Assembly (NCBI GenBank): GCA_964555185.1
Contig: CAZKRD010000001.1
Location: forward strand, 124,265-188,264
DNA from: an uncultured Candidatus Saccharibacteria bacterium
GTDB taxonomy: Bacteria; Patescibacteriota; JAQUNI01
Direction of reading: 5' to 3'
Length of the DNA: 64,000 nt
Made by a program: the position numbers and the translations under genes
Shown: one piece after another, positions 43,688 to 53,790 of the stretch
Layout: every line of letters starts with the position of its first letter
Numbering within the stretch: the first letter of the stretch is position 1
The notes under the pieces: model-generated
Told to the model about the DNA's origin: nothing
The model's database searches: none
The model's input: only the letters and a program-made list of their open reading frames with translations

Positions 43688-45505
43688 ATGAATATGAACG
43701 AAAAACAGAAGTTGAAAAACAAGTCAGAAACTCCCACCCAGAAAGTCCTTCAGAAAATAAAGAAGATTAAAGGGAAGAAGAACTTGCTCGATCTTTTGGA
43801 GGAGAAGGACTTGATTGATCAGGAGGGGAGAAAGTTAGTTGAAGAGGAGGTCAAAAAGACTAATTTAAGTGTCGAGAGAGTTATTAAAGAGAAGGGGTTG
43901 GTGACGGAAAGGGCTCTGGCCCAGGCCTTGGGTGAATTTTTGGGGGTGGAATATATTGAATTAGAGTCGCGGGCAATCTATCCCAATATTTTGAGGTTGA
44001 TCCCCCATGAGGTTGCTGTTTATTACCAGATGATCGCTTTTGACCGCGAGGGGAGTAAGCTTAGGGTAGCAATGGTTGACCCTGAAAATTTTAAAGCCCT
44101 GGAGGCCTTAGAGTTTGCAACAGCGCGTCAGGGTTTGAATACAGAGATTTATATTGTCACTGAACCTGGTTTAGAACAGGCTTTGCGCCAATACGACAAG
44201 AGCTTAAAGGAGGAAGTAAGCAAAGCTTTGGAAAGAGTGGCCAAGGTTCCGCCCAAGGAAAAGAAAGTGCTTGAAGAGAGGGAGAAAGAGATCCGCAAGC
44301 TTGTGGAAGCGGCCCCGATTTCTAAAATCGTACAGGTGATTATTAGGCACGCCGTGGAAGGAGGGGCTTCTGACATCCATATTGAGCCCAGGGAGGATAT
44401 GGTGCGGGTCCGTTATCGGATTGACGGTATTCTACGCACAATCTTAAGTTTACCGGCCAAAATTAAAGAGAGCATCGTTTCGCGGGTCAAGATAATGTCT
44501 GATTTGCAGATAGACGAAACCCGGATTCCCCAGGACGGCCGGATCCGGCTTGAGATCAAGGGGCAGCCAATTGATTTTCGGGTTTCCACCCTGCCGACGG
44601 TTAATGGCGAAAAGGTCGTGATGAGGATTTTGAAGACGGGGACTAAGATTTTCAGCCTGGAGGAGCTTGGTTTGTCTGGATTGCGATTACAGCACGTTCA
44701 AGAGGAGATAAAAAAATCCAACGGTATGCTCTTGGTTACTGGCCCGACCGGCAGTGGTAAGTCCACCACGCTTTATTCAATTTTAGGAATCTTAAATCAG
44801 GAAGGTGTGAATATTGTTACCCTAGAAGACCCTGTTGAATATTTCATTCCCGGCGTTGCCCAGTCCCAGGTTCATCCAAAAGTGGGCTTGACTTTTGCCA
44901 CGGGCTTGCGTTCGATCTTACGGCAAGACCCGGACATTATTATGGTCGGCGAGATCAGAGACGAGGAAACAGCAGAGATGGCCGTCCACGCTTCTTTGAC
45001 CGGGCATGTGGTTTTATCCACCCTGCATACTAACAGCGCTGTCGGCGCTGTGCCTCGTTTGATAGATATGGGTGTCCAGCCTTTCTTAATCACGGCTTCG
45101 GTCAATATTGTGATTGCCCAGAGACTGGTGCGTAAGATTTGCGAGCGCTGCCGGGAAGCAATCGAGGTCTCTCCAGAGACCAAAAAGCTTATCTTAGAAG
45201 AGTGGCAGAAAATTCCTGATTCTGAAAAGAAGGGGATTGATCTTTTAGAAGAGAAGATTTTAATTTACCGAGGCAAGGGCTGTAAGCATTGCAGCGGCGA
45301 GGGCTACAAAGGGAGAATAGGCATTTTTGAGGCCGTGCCGGTTAGCGCTGACTTTCAGGAGATGATTTTATCAAAACCTTCAGAGTCCAAAATCAGAACT
45401 TTTGTTAGGGAGCAAGGGTTTATTAATATGAAACAGGACGGCGTTCTTAAAGCATTGCAGGGCATGACTACTTTAGAAGAAGTGTTCCGGGTGACCAAGA
45501 ATTAG
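43688..45505 (+). CDS. pilB: Type IV pilus assembly ATPase PilB (GspE family)
   Basis: N-terminal GSPII_E_N domain, Walker A GPTGSGKSTTLYS, Asp box, His box, and tetracysteine CKHCSGEGY. Confidence 0.95.
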   Translation: MNMNEKQKLKNKSETPTQKVLQKIKKIKGKKNLLDLLEEKDLIDQEGRKLVEEEVKKTNLSVERVIKEKGLVTERALAQALGEFLGVEYIELESRAIYPNILRLIPHEVAVYYQMIAFDREGSKLRVAMVDPENFKALEALEFATARQGLNTEIYIVTEPGLEQALRQYDKSLKEEVSKALERVAKVPPKEKKVLEEREKEIRKLVEAAPISKIVQVIIRHAVEGGASDIHIEPREDMVRVRYRIDGILRTILSLPAKIKESIVSRVKIMSDLQIDETRIPQDGRIRLEIKGQPIDFRVSTLPTVNGEKVVMRILKTGTKIFSLEELGLSGLRLQHVQEEIKKSNGMLLVTGPTGSGKSTTLYSILGILNQEGVNIVTLEDPVEYFIPGVAQSQVHPKVGLTFATGLRSILRQDPDIIMVGEIRDEETAEMAVHASLTGHVVLSTLHTNSAVGAVPRLIDMGVQPFLITASVNIVIAQRLVRKICERCREAIEVSPETKKLILEEWQKIPDSEKKGIDLLEEKILIYRGKGCKHCSGEGYKGRIGIFEAVPVSADFQEMILSKPSESKIRTFVREQGFINMKQDGVLKALQGMTTLEEVFRVTKN

Positions 45506-45529
45506 TTTTAATATTTATTTTTTACTTTT

Positions 45530-46606
45530 ATGGCCGCGTACGATAGTACCCAACTGGCGATCAATCGTCTGCTTTTGGCAACAGCGGAGAGGGGAGCTTC
45601 TGATTTGCATATTTCGGTCGGTCGTTATCCGACATTGAGGATTGACGGTGATCTCGTGCTTATGAAGGAGGAGAAAGTTTTGACACCCGCTGTCTGCGAG
45701 AGGCTTTGTTTGGGACTTTTGACCGAAGAGCAGGCGAAACGTCTGAAGGCGGAGAAATCAATAGATTTGCGTTATGAGTTTCAGGATAAAGCGCGCTTCC
45801 GGGTGAATGTTTTCCACCAGCGGGGTTTTTTAAGCGCTGCCCTCCGTTTAATTCCGACAAAAATTCGGACGTTGGAAGAGTTGAACCTGCCGCCAGTTTT
45901 GAGAAACTTTGCTGAATTAGCTCAAGGCCTGGTGCTTTTTGTCGGGCCGTCAGGCCATGGCAAATCTACAACCTTGGCCGCGCTTTTGAATATTATTAAC
46001 CACGAGAGAACAGAGCATATCATCACGATTGAAGATCCGATTGAATACCTCTTTACCCAGGATAAGTGCATCATTGATCAAAGAGAGTTGTATCGCGATA
46101 CCAATTCTTTTCCCAGAGCTCTCCGCTCTACTTTGCGTGAGGATCCGAATGTGGTGATGGTGGGAGAGATGCGTGATTTGGATACGATTGCCACGGCCGT
46201 GACCGTGGCGGAAACCGGCCATCTGGTTTTTTCCACTGTCCATACCAATAATGCCGCCCAGACCGTGGACAGGGTTATTGATGTCTTTCCCGCTCATCAG
46301 CAGAATCAGATCCGCTATCAGCTGGCCAATATTCTGATGGGGATTGTTTCTCAAAGATTGCTTCCCCGGATCGGAGGAGGAAGGGTAGCTGCTTGTGAGA
46401 TCATGATAGTTACGCCGGCGGTGCGAAACATTATCCGTGAGAAGAAGACGCACCAACTGCCGAGTGTTATCCAAACCGGGGCAGGGGAGGGAATGATTCC
46501 CCTAGATAAAGCTTTGGGTACGCTTGCCAAGGGCGGCCAGATTGAGCTGGCTCAAGCCCTGATATATGCCGAGGATCAGAAGGCTCTCCAGGCATTTGTC
46601 CGTTAG
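45530..46606 (+). CDS. pilT: Type IV pilus retraction ATPase PilT
   Basis: GASDLHI, GPSGHGKSTTLAALLN, IEDPIEY, AETGHLVFSTVHTNNAAQTVDR. 358 aa. Confidence 0.9.
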   Translation: MAAYDSTQLAINRLLLATAERGASDLHISVGRYPTLRIDGDLVLMKEEKVLTPAVCERLCLGLLTEEQAKRLKAEKSIDLRYEFQDKARFRVNVFHQRGFLSAALRLIPTKIRTLEELNLPPVLRNFAELAQGLVLFVGPSGHGKSTTLAALLNIINHERTEHIITIEDPIEYLFTQDKCIIDQRELYRDTNSFPRALRSTLREDPNVVMVGEMRDLDTIATAVTVAETGHLVFSTVHTNNAAQTVDRVIDVFPAHQQNQIRYQLANILMGIVSQRLLPRIGGGRVAACEIMIVTPAVRNIIREKKTHQLPSVIQTGAGEGMIPLDKALGTLAKGGQIELAQALIYAEDQKALQAFVR

Positions 46607-46672
46607 TTTGAAATTTACTCAAGAGCCCTTTTTGCATTTTGAATTGTATTTTTAACTTTTGAGATTTGATTT

Positions 46673-47896
46673 TTGATTTTTAAAAATATGCCCATATTTG
46701 CCTATAAAGCGCGCACAGACCAAGGTGAGTTACAGAGAGGGACGGTTGAAGCTTCAAACAAAACTCTTGCCGAACAGACTCTCCACCAGCAGGGCTTGAT
46801 CGTGGTTTCCTTGGAACCCGAGGAAAAACCCGCTTTATTTGAGAGTCCTTTGGATTTTTTCAATCCAATCAGAGCCAAAAATAAAGTCCTTTTCTTTCGT
46901 CAGCTGGCGACGATGATTGAAGCTACCTTGCCGATTGTTCAGGCCCTGAAGATTTTGGCCAAACAGGCCAAGAACAAGAAATTTCAAAGAGCTATCAATA
47001 ATATCGTCAGAGAGGTTGAAGGCGGCTCTTCTTTGTCCGCGGCTTTTTCCCAGCACTCTAATATCTTTTCAGAATTCAAGATTGGTATGATTAGATCAGG
47101 CGAGATGAGCGGCAACCTAGACAAGACCTTGATCTATTTAGCCGATCAGATGGAGAAGGATTATGATTTGACTTCTAAAGTAAAGGGGGCAATGATTTAT
47201 CCTGCTTTTATCGTGGTTGGGATCATTGTTGTCGGTTTCTTGATGATGGTCTATGTCATTCCCCAGTTAACCAGTGTTTTAGAGGAATCAGGCCAAGAAC
47301 TGCCGATAACGACCCGGATTTTGATTGCGACCAGCAAGGCAATGAAGAATTATTGGTGGGCGGTTATAGGCGGAGCAGTGGCTTTCGCGGTGGGTCTCCG
47401 TTTTTTTGGAAAGCGGCCTAGAGGCAAATATTTGTTTGATCTATTGAAGATCAAGGTGCCGGTTGTAAGCATACTTTATAAAAAGCTGTATCTGGTGCGG
47501 CTTACCCGCAATTTAGGCACTCTTCTAGCCGGCGGACTGCCGATTGGCGAGGCCTTGCGGATTGTGAGCGGCGTTATGGATAACGGGATTTATCAAGAGG
47601 CCTGTTTGAGAGTCAAGCAGGGCGTGGAGAGTGGAGAGTCTCTAACTCGTATTTTCAGGCGAGAGACTATTTTTCCTACGATTATTTCCCAGATGGTGCA
47701 TGTAGGAGAACGTACCGGCAGGTTAGTGGACGTGCTGCAAAAATTGGCCCAGTTTTATGATCGGGAAGTGACCATCGCGATGAAGAGCTTGGTTTCTCTA
47801 ATCGAGCCAACAATTATGGTCATAATGGGCATCGCGGTCGCGATTATGGTTTCCGCTATCTTGATGCCGATTTACAATATGGCGAATGCGGTTTAA
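46673..47896 (+). CDS. pilC: Type IV pilus inner-membrane platform protein PilC (two T2SS-F domains)
   Basis: Duplicated GspF-like domains, 3 TM. 407 aa. Confidence 0.9.
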   Translation: MIFKNMPIFAYKARTDQGELQRGTVEASNKTLAEQTLHQQGLIVVSLEPEEKPALFESPLDFFNPIRAKNKVLFFRQLATMIEATLPIVQALKILAKQAKNKKFQRAINNIVREVEGGSSLSAAFSQHSNIFSEFKIGMIRSGEMSGNLDKTLIYLADQMEKDYDLTSKVKGAMIYPAFIVVGIIVVGFLMMVYVIPQLTSVLEESGQELPITTRILIATSKAMKNYWWAVIGGAVAFAVGLRFFGKRPRGKYLFDLLKIKVPVVSILYKKLYLVRLTRNLGTLLAGGLPIGEALRIVSGVMDNGIYQEACLRVKQGVESGESLTRIFRRETIFPTIISQMVHVGERTGRLVDVLQKLAQFYDREVTIAMKSLVSLIEPTIMVIMGIAVAIMVSAILMPIYNMANAV

Positions 47897-47967
47897 TCGA
47901 TTAACGGATTGCGGGTTGTTAGCTATTTTTCATTTACTCGTTTAAGTTCATTAACCTATCAAAAACA

Positions 47968-48405
47968 ATGTTCAAAAAAGGGGATAGAGGCTTTACTCTG
48001 GTTGAACTTTTGGTTGTGATTGCGATTATTGGTTTGTTAGCGGTAATTGTTTTGGTCAGCTTTAATCTCACCCGGGCTAAATCGAGGGACGCGCAGAGAG
48101 TGGCGGAGATTAAAAATCTCAAATTGGCTTTGGGGCTTTATGATAATGATTATGGGCAATATGTTGTTGCCGGAGACTGCGACGCTGATTCTTGGATTGT
48201 AATTAATGGTGCCAGTGATGCGGTTTCAACTGCCTTAATCGGGATGGGTCTTTTTTCGGCAGGATCAGCCCCGCGTGATCCAATGTCTCCTAGCCAGGAA
48301 TATGAATATTGTTATTTGGCGAGCACAGACAGCTATCAGTTCAGGTATGTTTTGGAAGTTAATTCCAGCGCTGGTTTGGAAGGCGTGCATGTGATAGGAC
48401 CATGA
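47968..48405 (+). CDS. Type IV pilin (prepilin with class III signal)
   Basis: MFKKGDRG-FTLVELLVVIAIIGLLAVIVLVS. G/F cleavage site, E+5. Confidence 0.85.
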   Translation: MFKKGDRGFTLVELLVVIAIIGLLAVIVLVSFNLTRAKSRDAQRVAEIKNLKLALGLYDNDYGQYVVAGDCDADSWIVINGASDAVSTALIGMGLFSAGSAPRDPMSPSQEYEYCYLASTDSYQFRYVLEVNSSAGLEGVHVIGP

Positions 48406-48490
48406 ATTTCCAATTTCCAATTTTTAATTTTCAATTTTCAATTTTCCCGCCTGCGCCAAGGCTTCGGCGGGCAGGCAATTTCCAAATAAT
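48406..48490. repeat. Family-B repeat: 8-bp periodic ATTTTCAA tandem repeats plus GC hairpin
   Basis: 'ttccaatttccaatttttaattttcaattttcaattttcccgcctgcgccaaggcttcggcgggcaggc'. Confidence 0.7.
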
Positions 48491-48555
48491 TTTCAATGAA
48501 GAGTTTGCTATTTTGAAATTAGAAATAAAAATCTAACAGAAAGGAGGTGAATTAA

Positions 48556-48918
48556 ATGCGAAAGCTTTTAGGCAAAAGAGGTTTTACTTTGATTGAGCTT
48601 TTGGTCGTGATTGCGATTATCGGTATCTTGGCAGCCGTGGTTTTGGTTTCCCTAAATTCGGCTCGGGGCAAAGCGCGTAACGCGCAGAGACAGAGCGACA
48701 TCGTCAACATAAGTTTAGCTCTTGAGATGTATTATGATGATCAGGATCCGCCAGCTTATCCTGCCACGTTGGCTTCGTTAGCCGCGCAGTATTTCCCTTC
48801 TGGTATTCCGACCGATCCGACTGGCACCGCTTACACCTATACGCCGGCCGGTACTCCGTTAAGCTCTTACACGGCTTGCGCCACTCTAGAGGATTCTAGC
48901 ACTTTCTGTAAACCTTAA
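48556..48918 (+). CDS. Type IV pilin (second major-pilin-like gene)
   Basis: RBS aaaggaggtga. MRKLLGKRG-FTLIELLVVIAIIGILAAVVLVSL. Confidence 0.85.
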   Translation: MRKLLGKRGFTLIELLVVIAIIGILAAVVLVSLNSARGKARNAQRQSDIVNISLALEMYYDDQDPPAYPATLASLAAQYFPSGIPTDPTGTAYTYTPAGTPLSSYTACATLEDSSTFCKP

Positions 48919-49084
48919 GCCTAACACTGAATTGGTGGGGTGGTTTTCAAGTCCTGAATCAGTTTCTTTATTTCTCAAAGAGACTCATAAAGCTCGGGAT
49001 CCCGGTTGGGTCTTGCTACCCCACCAGGGATTTGGATTTCAAATTTTTTTGAGATCCAGATCTTTGGTTAATACTAAATATTGT

Positions 49085-49325
49085 CACAGGGTCTGCGTTT
49101 TAATTTTCAATTTTTAAATCCCAATGTTCAATCAAATCATAATTTTCAATGATTTAATTTTCAAACCTGCGAAAATGGTTTTGTTTGAAAATTTATTCAT
49201 TGGTTATTGAAAATTGATTAGTAAACCCTTCGGCAAGCTCAAGGTGGTGAGTATAGTCGAACCATTGAAAATTAAAACATTGAGAATTCATTGAAAATTG
49301 GTACTTGAAAATTGAAAATTAACCT
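49085..49325. repeat. Family-B-like AT-rich periodic repeats (TTGAAAATT / ATTTTCAA) upstream of pilD
   Basis: 'ttttcaatttttaaat...attttcaatgatttaattttcaaacc...ttgaaaattgattag...cattgaaaattaaaacattgagaattcattgaaaattggtacttgaaaattgaaaatt'. Confidence 0.6.
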
Positions 49326-49326
49326 C

Positions 49327-50082
49327 ATGCTTCCTTTGGCTATTTTTCTCCTCCTCGGCCTGTTCGTTGGCAGTTTTCTTAATGTTGTCATTTACAGATT
49401 TAAAATTGGAAGGTCAATTTTAAAGCCCAGATCGTTTTGTCCTAATTGTAAGCATATTCTGGCTTGGTATGATTTAATTCCTGTTTTGAGTTTTGTTTTG
49501 CTTTGCGGTAAATGCCGCTACTGCCGTAAGCGAATAAGCTGGCAATACCCTTTGGTTGAATTATCTGCGGGACTTTTGTTTATTCTCTTTTATTTGAAAT
49601 CTGGCAGTCTGGATTGGAGATTATTATTCAATTTGTTGTTTGTTAGTATCTTAGTTGTTGTTTTTGTTTATGACTTAAAGCATTATTTGATTTTGGATAA
49701 AGTGATTGTGTCAGGCGCGGTTTTGGCCGTGATTGCCAGCATTTTTTTGAGCAAACCAGAGTTTCTTTACGCGCTTTTAGGCAGTGCTGCGGCCGGAGGG
49801 TTCTTCGCTTTGCTTGTTCTGGTCTCTCGCGGCAAATGGATGGGTGGAGGCGATGTCAAACTTGGTTTCTTAATCGGTTTGATTGTTGGCTGGCCCTCTG
49901 TTTTGGTTTCTTTGTTTCTAGCTTTTGTCTTGGGGAGTATTGTTGGTGTTCTCTTGATCGTTTTTCACAAGAAAACCCTAAAGAGCGCGGTTCCTTTTGG
50001 CACCTTTTTAGCAGTGGCGACAGTTACGGTTATGCTTTATGGCGAGAAAATGTTGGATTGGTACTTGAGTCTCTTAGCTTGA
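49327..50082 (+). CDS. pilD: Prepilin peptidase PilD (A24 family)
   Basis: N-terminal Zn-binding CPNCKHILAWYDLIPVLSFVLLCGKCRYCRKRIS, multiple TM, and catalytic-Asp regions. The ORF track begins at a TTG at 49312. Confidence 0.85.
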   Translation: MLPLAIFLLLGLFVGSFLNVVIYRFKIGRSILKPRSFCPNCKHILAWYDLIPVLSFVLLCGKCRYCRKRISWQYPLVELSAGLLFILFYLKSGSLDWRLLFNLLFVSILVVVFVYDLKHYLILDKVIVSGAVLAVIASIFLSKPEFLYALLGSAAAGGFFALLVLVSRGKWMGGGDVKLGFLIGLIVGWPSVLVSLFLAFVLGSIVGVLLIVFHKKTLKSAVPFGTFLAVATVTVMLYGEKMLDWYLSLLA

Positions 50083-50143
50083 GGTGGTATAATTTAAAAA
50101 GAGAATTAGTCCTTTTTCTAAATTTTAATTTTAATCTATTTTT

Positions 50144-50773
50144 ATGAACAGAAAAAAGCAAAACAAAGCAGAACGTAAAACTATTCTAATCATTGATGAT
50201 GCCGAAGATTTGAGATTAATCTATGTCAAGAAGTTTCGTCAAGAAGGGTTCGAGGTTTTAGAGGGCAGGGATGGTTTGGATGGTTTAAATATTGCTTTTG
50301 ACAAAAAACCTGATTTGATTATCACCGGAATTATGATGCCCCGGGTTGACGGCTTTGAAGTGATCAACACCTTGAAAAAAGACGCCCAGACAAAGAAGAT
50401 TCCTGTACTGGTCTTTTCTCATTTAGGCCGGCAGGAGGATATTGACAAGGCGCTGTCTTTGGGGGCTGACGATTTTTTGATCCAGGCCACTTTTTCCCCT
50501 GATGATGTGGTGGAAAAGGTAAGAGCGCATCTTGGCCGACCCAGGTCCGTTGCGCCAGGAAGAGGAGAGGCTTTGGCCGGCCATTTTAATTTGAGACTAG
50601 ATTTGGACAAGGGCGATGCTGTGCGTTTGGCGAAGAGCATTGGTTTTGACCCCAAGTTTATTTGCCGACATTGTGGCGACATTTTAGTTCTAGATCTGGT
50701 CTCTGATCCAAAAAGAGAAGGAAAGTGGGTTACTGGTTTTTTCAAGTGCTTAAGATGCGGCAAAAAAGCCTGA
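50144..50773 (+). CDS. Receiver-domain protein (CheY-like) with C-terminal Cys4 zinc-ribbon; the phospho-acceptor Asp appears to be replaced
   Basis: ILIIDDAEDLRLIY...KPDLIITGIMMPRVDGFEV...KIPVLVFSH. By eye-alignment the residue 4 before the MP motif is Gly rather than Asp. C-terminus CRHCGD...CLRCGKK. Confidence 0.65.
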   Translation: MNRKKQNKAERKTILIIDDAEDLRLIYVKKFRQEGFEVLEGRDGLDGLNIAFDKKPDLIITGIMMPRVDGFEVINTLKKDAQTKKIPVLVFSHLGRQEDIDKALSLGADDFLIQATFSPDDVVEKVRAHLGRPRSVAPGRGEALAGHFNLRLDLDKGDAVRLAKSIGFDPKFICRHCGDILVLDLVSDPKREGKWVTGFFKCLRCGKKA

Positions 50774-50782
50774 ACATAGAGA

Positions 50783-51379
50783 TTGACGGTCAAAATACAA
50801 ATTAAGACAAAAACAAAAAATATTATGTTGAAGATGGATATGCTGCCGAAAGACCTAGAGCAAAGGCGGAAAGCGCGTTTCCGCAACATCAGTATTATTG
50901 TGCTGGTTTTGTTAATAATTTTGGTTGGCGGCGCCTACTGGGCGCTTTCTTATTACGGCGGAAATTTGGATTCAGAGCTTCAGAATATTGAACAGCAGTC
51001 CACGCGGATAGACGAGGAGACTGAACAGTACGAGGCGGATTTAGAGCAGGCTTTAATCGCCCAAAAGCGGCTTGATAATTTAGACCGTCTTTTAAACGAG
51101 AGGTTGTATTGGACCAATCTTTTTGGAGAGTTGGGACGGGTTACGATCCCAGATGTTTTTTATACTGGTTTTTCTTCTGATCTTGATACCCGCGGGATGA
51201 CTCTCCCGGCCAAGGCGCGTGATTATCAGTCTTTGGCGCGGCAATTAAAAGCCTGGGAAGGAGAGGGGATGTTAGAGTCGATTGAAGTCAGTTCAGCCAA
51301 CCTCGAGACGGACGAAGGCCAGGCCTTTATTTCCTTTACGAGCAACTTGTTTTTCAAAAAAGAAGCATGGCAGGATTAG
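50783..51379 (+). CDS. PilN-like bitopic pilus-assembly protein
   Basis: Short cytoplasmic N-terminus, one TM (ISIIVLVLLIILVGGAYWAL), a coiled-coil periplasmic part. Conserved position. Alternative start at MLKMDML (50825). Confidence 0.5.
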   Translation: MTVKIQIKTKTKNIMLKMDMLPKDLEQRRKARFRNISIIVLVLLIILVGGAYWALSYYGGNLDSELQNIEQQSTRIDEETEQYEADLEQALIAQKRLDNLDRLLNERLYWTNLFGELGRVTIPDVFYTGFSSDLDTRGMTLPAKARDYQSLARQLKAWEGEGMLESIEVSSANLETDEGQAFISFTSNLFFKKEAWQD

Positions 51380-51403
51380 TGTTCTAAAATTTTTTAATTT
51401 TTT

Positions 51404-52114
51404 ATGCATTTTAACATCAAGTCTATTCAAAAAAATCTCACCCTGATTATCAGCCTGCTCGTCCTAGTGGTTGCCAGCCTTGCTTTTTATATTTTAAAAC
51501 CCCAATATAACAAGATTAAACGGATTAAAGCGGAGATTTCGATAGCACAGTCCAATTTAACAACCCGCGAGCAGAAACTTCAGAACATCAAGATGCTGCT
51601 TAATAATTATAAAGGGGTAGAAGAACAGCTATATAACTTAAGCCTTTCTTTGCCTTTGAAAAAGGACATCCCCAATCTCTTGGTTCAGCTGGAAGCCCTG
51701 GCCGCCAAAAATGGGGTTCTGATGGAATCCGTAAGCTATGAAGAAGAAGGCGAAAAAGACGAGAAAAAAAAGGTCGCCAAAGAAGAGACCCCTCCAGATT
51801 TGAGCAGCCCAGAGGCGGTGGCAGAAGAAGGGGCCTTGACCTTCACAACAGGGACAGAGGAACCTGAAGGATCAAAGACAGATTATTCCATCTTGAATGT
51901 TGAATTAAGTCTCGCTGCTCATTATCACTCTTTTATGAAATACCTCGAGGATGTCCAGCGAAGCTTTCGTTTCTTGGACGTTACCGCTATTGATTTTACG
52001 ATCACAGATGCGAGTGATTCAGGCGGAAGCAGCGGGGAAGAGAAAGAGCCGGTTGATTTTCATGATCAAACCTTTGAATTTTTGATTAAATTAAAGACTT
52101 ATTATTTGGAATAG
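51404..52114 (+). CDS. PilO-like bitopic pilus-assembly protein
   Basis: TM (LTLIISLLVLVVASLAFYIL) followed by coiled coil. It follows the PilN-like gene. Confidence 0.5.
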   Translation: MHFNIKSIQKNLTLIISLLVLVVASLAFYILKPQYNKIKRIKAEISIAQSNLTTREQKLQNIKMLLNNYKGVEEQLYNLSLSLPLKKDIPNLLVQLEALAAKNGVLMESVSYEEEGEKDEKKKVAKEETPPDLSSPEAVAEEGALTFTTGTEEPEGSKTDYSILNVELSLAAHYHSFMKYLEDVQRSFRFLDVTAIDFTITDASDSGGSSGEEKEPVDFHDQTFEFLIKLKTYYLE

Positions 52115-52133
52115 AGAGGAATAAAGAGATTTT

Positions 52134-52571
52134 ATGACCAAAGAAAAAAGGAAAAAGACGATGTTGGCAGTAGCCTTGGTACTGATTCTTTTAGCAATCG
52201 CTTATTTAGTTTATACCAGTTTTTTGAGCAAGCCGGAGCTAGATGCCAGTTTAGATATTGTACCAGCGGAAGAGGATTCAGAGGTGCCAGGAGGTCCAGA
52301 GATAGAGCCGGGCATTCCTGTCGAGATTTCATCCCCCAAACTTAAGACCGATTTATTGACTGATCCTCGTTTCACAGACTTGGTGATTTTTGGTGATTTG
52401 CCCGTAGAGGTAGGAGAGGTAGGCCGGGAAAATCCTTTTATTCCTTTTGAAGGTTATGGCACCGGAGGCGGAGAAGAGGAAGAGGAAGGAGAAGGTGAGA
52501 GTGAAGAAGAGGGTGAAGGCGAGGAAGAAGAGGAAGAAGGAGCGGAGCCGCCAGAAATGACTGATCAATAG
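52134..52571 (+). CDS. Bitopic protein with Glu/Gly-rich acidic tail (PilP-position protein)
   Basis: TM (MLAVALVLILLAIAYLVY), then GTGGGEEEEEGEGESEEEGEGEEEEEEG. Confidence 0.35.
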   Translation: MTKEKRKKTMLAVALVLILLAIAYLVYTSFLSKPELDASLDIVPAEEDSEVPGGPEIEPGIPVEISSPKLKTDLLTDPRFTDLVIFGDLPVEVGEVGRENPFIPFEGYGTGGGEEEEEGEGESEEEGEGEEEEEEGAEPPEMTDQ

Positions 52572-52622
52572 TGAATTGCGGTAAATTTTTCACAGGCGCT
52601 ACACAAGTTGTACTTAATTTTT

Positions 52623-53156
52623 ATGTTCCAAAACAGAAACAAGGGTTTCACTCTTGTTGAACTATTGATCGTGATTGCGATTATCGGTATCCTGTCCGCT
52701 TTGGTGATTGCTGGTTTCAGAGCGGGTAACCGAGCATCCAATCTACGTTTTGCGAGCCAGAACTTAGTTAGCGTTTTCAAGCAGGCGCAAATCATGGCCT
52801 CTTCAGGCAAGATTCCAGCAGGCGAGAGTGATCCGCCCCCTGGAGGTTATGGTGTTTATGTTGATTCTTTAACCTCCTATATTCTTTTTGCGGACAATAA
52901 CGATTCTGGTGATTATGATGGAGGGGAAGAGGTGGAAAACATTAGCCTGCCGGAGAACGTTGAGTTTTTTGAAGGAGGCGCCCCCCCAAATCCTGTGATT
53001 GGCCTCAATGTTGTCTTTGATTCTCCTGACGGCAAGATGTCTATTTACCTTGGTTCAGAATTAACAGATAAGACCATTGTTTTAAGAGTAGGTTCATCTG
53101 ATTCGATAGAGGTATATCTCAATAGCACGTCTGGCTTAATTGAGGCCAGTGAATAA
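52623..53156 (+). CDS. Minor type IV pilin / pseudopilin
   Basis: MFQNRNKG-FTLVELLIVIAIIGILSALVIAGF. Confidence 0.75.
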   Translation: MFQNRNKGFTLVELLIVIAIIGILSALVIAGFRAGNRASNLRFASQNLVSVFKQAQIMASSGKIPAGESDPPPGGYGVYVDSLTSYILFADNNDSGDYDGGEEVENISLPENVEFFEGGAPPNPVIGLNVVFDSPDGKMSIYLGSELTDKTIVLRVGSSDSIEVYLNSTSGLIEASE

Positions 53157-53165
53157 GTTTCCATT

Positions 53166-53193
53166 GTCATTGCGAGCGAAGCGAAGCAATCTC
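53166..53193. repeat. Family-A solo repeat arm
   Basis: 'gtcattgcgagcgaagcgaagcaatctc'. Confidence 0.6.
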
Positions 53194-53242
53194 ATTTGCA
53201 AGTAGAATTCTAATTTTGATTGATTATTATGGTTTTACAAAA

Positions 53243-53740
53243 ATGCGGTTTAAACCACCCTCATTAATTTTCCAAAAAGGCTTTGGCCTCATCGAGACCG
53301 TGGTTGCAATTTTTATTATCACAGTTGGCTTAATTGGCGGGCTTTCTTTAGCTATATCTTCCACTACTGCTGCGAGAAACGTGAGAGAGAGGTTTGTCGC
53401 TTATGCTTTAGCACAAGAAGGTTTAGAATTAGTGCGTAATTACAGAGACAGCGTATGGCTTTTGGAACAAGACGGCTTTGCGCCTGGTCAAACAATGGAA
53501 AATGATGGCGACTATGCCCTAGATTACACGGGTTTCATTGAAGAGCGGGGCGCTTTAGGAGACTATGAGCTTCATTATGAGAACGGCCTTTATCGTCATG
53601 ACAGCGGTGCTGCCACTAAATATTCTCGTTTGATTACCCTGCAGACCCAAGGGAACAGCAAGGTAGTCATCAGTCAGGTTTCATGGGCTGATCATGAATT
53701 AAAGCTTGAAGTACATTTGTACAATTGGAGAGACTTTTAA
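53243..53740 (+). CDS. Minor pilin (prepilin-type N-terminus)
   Basis: MRFKPPSLIFQKG-FGLIETVVAIFIITVGLIGGLSLAI. Confidence 0.65.
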   Translation: MRFKPPSLIFQKGFGLIETVVAIFIITVGLIGGLSLAISSTTAARNVRERFVAYALAQEGLELVRNYRDSVWLLEQDGFAPGQTMENDGDYALDYTGFIEERGALGDYELHYENGLYRHDSGAATKYSRLITLQTQGNSKVVISQVSWADHELKLEVHLYNWRDF

Positions 53741-53790
53741 CCCCCCGCCAACATATTTTTTATTTGAACAGAGATTTATCTCAAGAGCCT

